The notes under the pieces are model-generated. The model did no database searches and had not been told where the DNA came from. It was given only the letters and a program-made list of their open reading frames with translations. A DNA stretch of 63,507 bases, counting the filler, from Octopus bimaculoides (lineage: Eukaryota), in the NCBI RefSeq assembly GCF_001194135.2. It is 5 parts of 3 records of this genome, joined end to end, with 100 filler letters (N's around TTAATTAATTAA, not from the genome) between each part and the next. Parts side by side here need not be neighbours in the genome. Positions count along the whole stretch, not along the records: positions 54,419 to 58,432 come from NC_068983.1; positions 58,533 to 63,507 come from NC_068983.1; 3 more parts are not named here. The stretch is one strand, 5' to 3'. Shown here piece after piece: positions 55,245 to 63,507 of this stretch (position 1 is the stretch's first letter; each line of letters opens with the position of its first letter). Made by a program: the position numbers and the translations under genes.

Positions 55245-55540
55245 GTATGTGTGTGTGTGTCATTGTGTTTATTCCCCACCATCGCTTAATAACTGGTACT
55301 GGTTCGTTTATGTCCCCGACAAAAGAGAATTATAGAATAGGTATAAAACTTTTTTTTAAATATTGGGTAGAGTCGCTGAGCAGTGATGTGTATAAATATA
55401 TTACCAGATCAACTTGACACAAGCATATTTGAAATGGTAATTACATTGCATTAAAAAAAAAAGTATTGGGAACGATTTGTTGAATTAATTCTTTCAAGGC
55501 TGTGCCCCAGCATGGCCGCAGTCCAATGACTTAAACAAGT
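55245..55540 (+). mobile_element. SINE family A 3' half, degenerate and interrupted
   Basis: CCCCACCATCGCTTAATAAC..CCCCAGCATGGCCGCAGTCCAATGAC. Confidence 0.65.
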
Positions 55541-55756
55541 GGAAGCTATTTGAACGACGTCTTCGTGCGTCAGTTTTTGTTCGCGTGGATCAAAATCTCG
55601 TTTCTGTCACTCGTAGAAACATCAAGGTACATCTTATTAAGAAGATCAATGATCGCTTCTCTTTCATATCAAACAATCTCTACTTGTTCTACAAATCGCT
55701 TCAAATTAGTCTATAATTTGAGGGCAGATATTTTCTCTGTGACTTGTTCTGATCTC

Positions 55757-56475
55757 ATTATTTTCGCTGTATCTAAGGCGGCGAACAAGCAGAATTATCA
55801 ATACGCCGGGCAAAATGCTCTGAGGTATTCTGTCCTTCTTGACGTTCTGAGTTCAAATTTCGCCGAGGTCGACTATGCCTTTCATCCTTTCGGAGTCGAT
55901 AAATTAAGTACCAGTGATGCACTGGAGTCGAAGTAATCGACTTGTCCCCTCCCCCAAATTTCAGGCCTTGGGCCTATAGTAGAAAGAATTATTTTCGCTG
56001 TATCTAAGACGACGAACTGGCAGAATTGTTAATACGCCAGGCAAAATGCTCTGAGATGTTTCGTCCACCTTTACGTTCCGAGTTCAAATTCCGCCGATGT
56101 TGACTTTGCCTTTCCTTCTTTCGGGGGTCAATAAAATAAATATTAGTTGAATACTCTTGTCAATATAATTGACTTACCCCTCTCCTGAAATTGCTCGCTT
56201 TGCACCAAATTTCGAAGGCATTTCTTTTTTTACTGCATTTAAGGGTGCAAGCTAGCAGAATGGTTAGCATATCGGAAAAAATGCTTCACAGCATTTCTTC
56301 CGGCTCTAGTTCTAAATTCAAATGCTACCGAGGTTCACTTTACCTTTCATCCTTTCGGGGACGATAAAATAAACATTAGTCAAATAATGTGGTTCATGTA
56401 ATCGACTTACCCCATCCCCAAAATTTCAGGCAATGTGCCTATAGTAGAAAGAAATATTTTCACTGCATCTAGAAT
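55757..56475 (+). mobile_element. Three head-to-tail family C copies separated by a repeated 21-nt spacer
   Basis: ATTATTTTCGCTGTATCTAAG identical at 55757-55777 and 55988-56008; diverged versions at ~56221 and ~56454. Confidence 0.85.
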
Positions 56476-56529
56476 AAACATTGAATGGATTCCAAAATTA
56501 TTTTACAGTTGGTGTTCCTCTCTTGTCAA

Positions 56530-56900
56530 TAGTTTTTATTTATTGATCAAATGCGTGCCGAAGATAATGCGTTTGATATAGAGTTTGTAAAAATAATGTC
56601 GTATTTCGCAGCAAAAAAATTAGTCTAACATTTGGATGGTAACTTGGAGATTGTTGGTGATAAGATGCATTATCAACGACCAGTAGCATATGAAATAAAA
56701 TTGTTTTGTTTTCACTATACATTTTTGCTGCTTCTGGCAAAAAGTGACGAGAAAATCAATAAACAAAAACAAACAACAACGCCCACCCGCTCTTAACTTT
56801 GCTTTCCGTATGGCTGGAAGCAAAGCTTTTACGAAGCCGTTAAGTTCCCTTGGATTTTCGACACACTACACAAGCATGAGTCTTAAATTTAAAAAAAAAA
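56530..56900 (-). pseudogene. Tigger/pogo-like DDE transposase fragment
   Basis: ENPRELNGFVKALLP and LLVVDNASYH..HPNVRLIFLLRNTTLFLQ match the pogo pattern LLILDNAPxH..FLPPNTTSxxQP. Confidence 0.75.
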
Positions 56901-57002
56901 GCCTTCCGTCAGTTACGACGACGAGTGTTCCAGTTGATTCGTATAAGCCCGCCTGTAAAATGAAAATGAAAGAGCATTCACAAAATGTGAATAACAGGTA
57001 CA

Positions 57003-57140
57003 ACTCATTTTTTGTCAGCTGAGTGGAGCTAAGTGAAGCAAGGTATTTTGCTTAAGAACGCAACACTCCGCCCGTATCGAACTCACGACTTTACGATCGG
57101 GAGCCGAATGCCCTCAACCACTAATCTACACGCCTTCACC
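57003..57140 (-). mobile_element. SINE family F, tRNA-like head
   Basis: On - strand GAAGGCGTGTAGATTAGTGGTTGAGGG..GTGAGTTCGATAC (A/B boxes) then TTCTTAAGCAAAATAC. Confidence 0.65.
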
Positions 57141-57180
57141 GATCTCAAATTAGTTTTCACTTGCATTATTCCCAAATCGT

Positions 57181-57850
57181 GGAGGCGCAATGGCCCAGTG
57201 GTTAGGGCAGCGGACTCGCGGTAACAGGATCACGGTTTCGATTCCCAGACCGGGCGTTGTGAGTGTTTACTGAGCGAAAAACACCTAAAGCTCCACGAGG
57301 CTCCGGCAGGGGATGGTGGCGAACCCTGCTGTACTCTTTCACCACAACTTTTTCTCACTCTTTCCTCCTGCTTCTGTTGTACCTGTATTTCAAAGAGTCA
57401 ACCTTGTCACACTCTTTGTCACGCTGAATATCCCCGAGAACTACGTTATGGGTACACGTGTCTGTGGAGTGCTCAACCACTTGCACGCTAATTTCACGAG
57501 CAGGCTGTTCCGTTGATCGGATCAACTAGAACCCTCGATGTCGTAAGCGACGGAGTGCCATCAACCTAGACCTTCCCCTGCTCCGGCAGTGGGGTAGTGG
57601 CGAACCCTGCTGTACTCTTTCACCACAACTTTCTCTCACTCTTTCTTCCTATTTCTGTTGTGCCTGTATTTCAAAGGGCCCAGCCTAGTCAAACTCTGTG
57701 TCACGCTGAATATCCCCGAGAACTACGTTAAGGGTACACGTGTCTGTGGAGTGCTCAGCCACTTGCACGTTAATTTCACGAGCAGGCTGTTCCGTTGATC
57801 GGATCAACTGGAACCCTCGTCGTCGTAACCGACGGAGTGCCAGCAACAAT
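57181..57850 (+). mobile_element. SINE family B full copy (57181-57566) plus 5'-truncated tandem copy (57580-57850)
   Basis: Two successive family B bodies; the second starts at GCTCCGGCAG. Confidence 0.9.
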
Positions 57851-58381
57851 TCCCAAATAATAAGGTTAACTGACTTTTTTTTTAGCTACTTTAAAACCAT
57901 ACATCGATTATTTATCTTTTGCAATGTGGCGTCTTTCAAATAGGCACATCTAAAATAAGAACGTATTATCAACATTAACAATTTGTGAGTGTTTTAAACC
58001 ATTTTTTATTATTTCTTCTGTTTCATGAACAAATTTGTCTCTTCATTATCTGCATTCGCTAGCTTTCTGCATTCTCCAGCTAGCTTTATTTTTATATACA
58101 TATCTATAGAAAAAGAAAAACAGCCACTGCTCGCAGCAAACCTTTATTGGCCGACGCCTTTGTTGCATCTCTCGGTATTTTAATAATAGTTATGATATGC
58201 CACAAATAACAGCTTGCATTATGGGAATATTTAATCGCTGTCCTTAATCAGCTACGCCTGTTCATGGATGTGAGGAATAATGATGATCGCTTCTTTATTC
58301 CGTTCCCTTGCAGATTGCTAAGCCTGCGCACTTTTAACGCCATCCAAATATATTTTCTTTATGAAAATTGTGTGTGTGTAT

Positions 58382-58414
<33 letters not shown>

Positions 58415-58532
58415 AATTAAAAAAAGGATAAANNNNNNNNNNNNNNNNNNNNNNNNNNNNNNNNNNNNNNNNNNNNTTAATTAATTAANNNNNNNNNNNN
58501 NNNNNNNNNNNNNNNNNNNNNNNNNNNNNNNN

Positions 58533-58766
58533 CACATAAAAGACACCATTTCGAGCGTGGCCGTTTTCGTGCGGGTGACACGTAAAAGCACCCACTACAC
58601 TCTCTGAGTGGTTGGCGTTAGGAAGGGCATCCAGCTGTAGAAACTCTGCCAAATCAGACTGGAGCCTGGTGTTGCCATCCGGTTTCACCAGTCCTCAGTC
58701 AAATCGTCCAACCCATGCTAGCATGGAAAGCGGACGTTAAACGATGATGATGATGATGATGATGAT
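58533..58766 (+). mobile_element. SINE family D 3' part with (GAT)n tail
   Basis: GGTTGGCGTTAGGAAGGGCATCCAGCTGTAGAAAC..CCCATGCTAGCATGGAAAGCGGACGTTAAACGATGATG; family recognised from recollection. Confidence 0.7.
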
Positions 58767-58794
58767 GTTTTTATTATATTTTTATTAACTATGC

Positions 58795-59107
58795 TGTCCG
58801 TGTCCTCCAATGGTGACAAAGTAGGTCTTTTTAGACACACCACTGTTTTCTCCAGCTAGGGGACGGATGAGAAAAGGAGCCCTAAACATTGCTTACACAC
58901 CTTAAACTTGGCAGCTTGCTGTAGCTGTCTGGTTATTCAGTAACGCAGTTGAAAGTTGAAGAAGTTTAAAAATATTAACCTTTGTTCTTGGAATGTGTGC
59001 ACTCTCCAAGACAATCACTTAGTGCCAGAACGGAAACCAGCACTGGTTGCCCTTGAACTGAAGAAGCCCAACATTGACATAATCACACTCAGTGAAACAT
59101 TCTTGCA

Positions 59108-59108
<1 letters not shown>
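58795..59108 (+). mobile_element. RTE-like LINE 5' fragment (UTR plus start of AP endonuclease)
   Basis: NLCSWNVCTLQD..PERKPALVALELKKPNIDIITLSET matches the RTE pattern GTWNVRTL..PERRTALVAREL.RYNIDIAALSET. Confidence 0.82.
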
Positions 59109-59144
<36 letters not shown>

Positions 59145-59154
59145 ACCCCCCCCT

Positions 59155-60040
59155 CTGAAGCATGATATAGTTGCAAAGACTATCTGCAATGCTATTCGCA
59201 GGAGGGGCTGCCCTGATATACTTCAAAGGTATGCCAAAACTTGCAGGCTTCTACACCTTAAAAAACAAGTAATACTGGTGGGGCACTCCAATAAAAACAG
59301 CAATTCAGTGCAAAAATAACAAATCTGATATTGACCTGTGGGACAAAAGTCCTGCTCTGTTGTAAAGGCCAGTTGCCCAACAGATGTGAGAGTACAATCA
59401 AAAGTCGAGGAAAAAGACAATATTTATGACAACGCAAAATGCACAGCTCTTGTACTCTGAGTTCTATGAATTCTCAGTTGTACCTATCAAAATAGCTGCT
59501 TTAGTTTATGTGCCAACTGTTACGATGTTTTATTGTGATTGCGGGCTTCTGCCTTAATCATTTAACAACTATCAATCCACCAACACGTAATTCCGATATC
59601 TCTTCTTCTCAAACGACTTCTACGACTGTTTTTGCACATCGTCTGCACATAACACCTTGTTTTTTGTATCTCCAGAAAATGGCTTTAGGCCGATAATAAA
59701 GAGAATAGTATACATGCGTACTTATACAACTTAGAACCGTCCATTGACGGGGGTGTTCGGATTCCACCACAACACCAACAAATTTACACAAAAACTTAGA
59801 AATACTCGGTTTCACGGGAAAAGAGCAAAAGAAACTGACGCAGATTCTCCAAACCCAATCTATTTGCGGCAAAGTGAAGATTTGGAAGACATTGCAAAAA
59901 GTCTCCATGAGAGATTCTTAAGTGAATAAATTACACATACGGAGATATACGAATACCGGGAACGCGACTTAAAATGTCTTGTTTTGTTAGCGACCGGCTT
60001 GAATTCTCTCAAGAACTTAAATAAGACTCAAAGAATCACA
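59155..60040 (+). mobile_element. RLE-type LINE 3' remnant (second family) with a ~270-bp insert
   Basis: KHDIVAKTICNAIRRRGCPD, PIKTAIQCKNNKSDIDLWD, SCPTD, EEKDNIY, LGFTGKEQKKLTQILQTQSICGKVKI. Confidence 0.85.
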
Positions 60041-60054
60041 CACACACGCACGCA

Positions 60055-60113
<59 letters not shown>

Positions 60114-60871
60114 TCGTTTTTGTGTCAAGTTATTTATAACAACAATTTAGCATTAAACCAAAGGCCGCTTAGGCTTGGTCTTGGTCACCAAATAGCCTGG
60201 CGGCGAGCAAGTCGAGACTTCAAAGTTGCTGTCAACCTTTTCCTGGCTAAAGTTTATATATATGGCAGTTACATCGTGCAATAAGCCCTTAGTGGCGAGT
60301 AAAGAATCAAAAATTACATCGTGCANNNNNNNNNNNNNNNNNNNNNNNNNNNNNNNNNNNNNNNNNNNNNNNNNNNNNNNNNNNNNNNNNNNNNNNNNNN
60401 NNNNNNNNNNNNNNNNNNNNNNNNNNNNNNCATTTATTTCTGGAGATATTAATATCTTTGTCACATCACCAAATCACTGATGCAGTTCCAATGTATGGAA
60501 TTTAGTTAATGCCAAATCCTTATAGCGCTCAGTCTTTTTGTTGAAATTCACATATAAAATCCGTGGCTTGATTTATATCGGTCGCTCTTTTATGCCACAT
60601 TATTACCGTTCTACACCTATCACGGCTTAAATGTGCGATGGGAGGCAACTCTTCTTTCCCTCTGGGAAAAGTATCGTTTCGTTTCGCTTTTTATTACCAC
60701 TCAGCGAATTAAGATTGCAGCAAAGAGGATACGTACTTTCGGCCAGTTTCTACTTTGTGTTTATGTATGAAATTATTCAGTTTTATTTCAGGATTTCATG
60801 CAAGTAGGAACAGAGCCGATCTCTAATCTAGATTCAAGGCTCCTTCATTGGAATTTCAACATCAGCAGCAG

Positions 60872-61015
60872 GGTATGTATGTATGTATGTATGTATGTAT
60901 GTATGCATGTGTGTGTGTGTGTCTGTGTATGTGTGTATGTGTGTCTGTGTATGTATGTATGTATGTATGTAAGCATGCATGTATATATATATGTATGTAT
61001 GTATGTGTTTAGGTA
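60872..61015. repeat. (TATG)/(TG)n compound microsatellite
   Basis: Direct reading. Confidence 0.9.
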
Positions 61016-62880
61016 TGCATCTTCTATTCTTTAATTATTATAAATCTTCCACTGAGGAGGGAACTAGTTTCCAACAACGATAAAAGGCTCCATCTGTGGG
61101 ATGTAGTTTACACAGACAAATTCACATTTGGAACTTGAGAAAAGTCTTGCATATCTTTACTGTTCCACTCACAGATTGCACTTGTAATGTACGGATCAGC
61201 TGGTCGATTTCTTTTTCTGAAAATCCCAGTTTATCCCGATTCTTCTTTACTAACAAAACGTCGTGCTCCGTTTATTATTGGTATGAATATGAATTCATAG
61301 TCTGGATATAGAAGCTGGAGGTTTCGAAGCAGTTGTCCATAGATATCCTCTGTTTCTTTGATTTTCAAAGAGATNNNNNNNNNNCAGTTGTCCATAGATA
61401 TCCTCTGTTTCTTTGATTTTCAAAGAGATATTTATATCTGCAGGGCAGCTGACCTCTATGATGGTACATACCTTTGTCCCTCTGTCTCAAACAACAATAT
61501 CCGACCTGTTATGTCTACATTTGACAGACGTTTTGATAGGAATATTCCACCAGTGTTCCTTGAGTTGGTGCTTATAAATGTATTCCATAACAGAGGGATT
61601 TTGTAAGTTTATTTCAGGGCAGTCTTTTTTTGCGGATGGCATTGTAAATTGTTTTAGCAAAAACATCATGCCGCATAGGGAGGTAGTACTGTGACCGACA
61701 TTTTAGGACAGCTGCTAATCACATGCATAGTGTCTTCCACAGAAACAGGACATAGCCTACACATGCGGTTGCACCCTGGGATTACAAGAGCGTCACTGTC
61801 TCTCTTGTTCACCAGGTACTTTGTGTCAAACTCTTGTTCCTGGATTGCAAGCGCATAGCCCTTAAATTATGATGTGATGTAGTGGTCTTGTGTCCAAGAG
61901 AGGCTGCGCTTCGTGTCAATTCTACAGTCTTCTTCAAACTTCCGGGCAACATACCCATGCATGGTCTTTTTTTTATATGCTGAATGCTTTCTATCCAGGT
62001 CTTTTCTGAGGTAAAAGAGCCCAGCTGTTTTGGGGCCGCATAGGAGATCATCATAAACCTTGGGGTCATCCACAATGAAATTATGAGCTACATTAATATC
62101 TCTAGTAGAAGTAGAGCCTAGCATGTAGCTATCTAATTTTTGTAGTGGGATTGATAATGGATTTAACGTCAAAATGAACAGAATTACAGAGAGACTTTCT
62201 CGTTGGAATATTCTCTTTGAAATATTCATAGCATTGGAGACAATCATTCCACTCTCGATTCAAAGTGTAAGAATTGTTGCTCAGGTCTTTGTGAGCCTCT
62301 CAATGGCAGCAACTGCAGTAGCAGGCACTTTGCCAAATGCAGACACTTCAGCAGCCATAAGTGGAGAATAGAGTCAAATGCCTTCCGATAAGCAAACCAT
62401 CCTGTTGCAAAGCTGCTACGATGGTTAAAAAAAAAAAATTATATATATATATTTTTTTTTACCCCAGACAGTACATTATGTTATGAACTCACAATGACCC
62501 TGGAAGAATTGGTTGAGACACGCTTGTATATAGTTTGTTCATAATGTTTAGGCAAGCAATGGGCCTATAGTTTTTAGCCAACTCGGTGGTTTCATCCTTG
62601 GCCACAAAATCTGAATTTCCATAGGGCTTTTGAATATACATAGTAATTTTACGTAAAATGTCAGCCTCTTATACCAAAATTCAACTATTAGGTCCCTTCC
62701 AGATGTCTTCCCATTGTGCGATTTGCCTACAGCTATGGTAAAAGTTACTGGGCTAACTGCATTTATTTTACTGTCGATGTTGGTGCAGCATTCTCTCCTT
62801 TTACTGCATTTAGCCGTGACGTTTTGAGGTTGAGACCCCTCTTTTCGTTCCATATTTTCAACCAGAATAATTCGAGGGGA
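61010..62880 (-). mobile_element. RLE-type LINE remnant, RT through RLE, internally deleted (second family)
   Basis: EFWYKRL, KNYRPIACLN, AYRKAFDSI, IFQRESLSVILFILTLNPLS, FIVDDPKVY, MHGY, CRLCPVSVEDTMHVISSCPKMS, WWNIPIKT..HNRSDIV, IEVSCPAD, VSGTVKICKTF. Confidence 0.9.
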
Positions 62881-62889
62881 GGCTAAATT

Positions 62890-63186
62890 GTATGTATGAT
62901 TTTTCTTTGAGTTTAATTTTAGTTCATCTTGAAAGAGTTCAAACCGGTTGCTAACAAGGCAACGAGACATTTTGAGTTAAGAAAGATCCCGGTCTTTGTA
63001 CATATGAGGTTGAGTTGGTGTGTTGGTTGAACTGTCGAAGCATACACCCTAGTATGTGCATCGGTTCACATAAGAATCTCTCATGCAGATTTTTTGCAAT
63101 GTCTTACAAATCTTCACTTTGCCACTAAGAGATTGGATTTGGAGAATCTGCGTAAGTTTCTTTCGCAGTTTTTCCGTGAAACCATC
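62890..63186 (-). mobile_element. RLE-type LINE extreme 3' end (second family)
   Basis: GFTEKLRKKLTQILQIQSLSGKVKICKTL; closely similar (about 85% by eye over ~120 nt) to 59806-59925 in the opposite orientation. Confidence 0.85.
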
Positions 63187-63427
63187 AATGTATGTATGTA
63201 TGTATGTATGTATGTATGTATGTATGTATGTATGTATGTTTGTTTGCATGTATGTATGTATGTATGTATGTATGTATGAATGTATGTATGAATGTAAGTA
63301 TGTATGTGTGTATGTATGTATGTATGTATGTATGTGTGTGTGTGTGTATGTATGTATGTATGAATGTGTGTATGTATGTATGAATGTATGTATGTATGTG
63401 TGTGTGTGTATGTATGTATGTATGTAC

Positions 63428-63462
<35 letters not shown>

Positions 63463-63507
63463 TGTATGTATGTATGAATGTATGTATATATGTATGTATG
63501 TATGTAT
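63187..63507. repeat. (TATG)n microsatellite
   Basis: Direct reading. Confidence 0.95.

Noticed and set aside
55757-56475. CRISPR-like repeat/spacer array
   Set aside because: The long units are homologous SINE copies rather than unique spacers; eukaryotic context and no cas genes
61030-61062. CTGAGGA GGGAA CTAG TTTCC as a hammerhead
   Set aside because: Lacks GAAA; it is the antisense of a LINE 3' UTR hairpin
61330-61429. 45-bp direct repeat around a 10-N gap
   Set aside because: Typical unmerged contig overlap rather than a real duplication

Overview
This is AT-rich, microsatellite-dense animal genomic DNA with about 6.4 kb of N gaps. The SINE families suggest a coleoid cephalopod, probably Octopus; that is an inference from recalled repeat sequences, not a database search. 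Only one host coding exon is well supported: a terminal exon at 38745-39271 (+) of an ANKRD33/33B-like ankyrin-repeat gene. The rest is mobile-element debris: a full-length decayed Tc1-like element with DD36E spacing, a mariner-type MITE, two Penelope-like (PLE) remnants, an internally deleted Helitron with an intact 3' end, seven RLE-type (R4/Dong-like) LINE remnants, RTE and Tigger fragments, and many SINE copies (working labels A, B, C, D, F), some in head-to-tail arrays. The strongest unexplained signal is a type I hammerhead ribozyme with a perfect catalytic core at 37016-37099 (+). It has a palindromic loop III and an unusually large stem II, and lies about 1.65 kb upstream of, and in the same sense as, the ankyrin exon. 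Most ORFs in the supplied track are microsatellite or gap artefacts. Four 44N-TTAATTAATTAA-44N blocks are assembly linkers. Element boundaries were read by eye and may be off by tens of bases unless terminal repeats are quoted.
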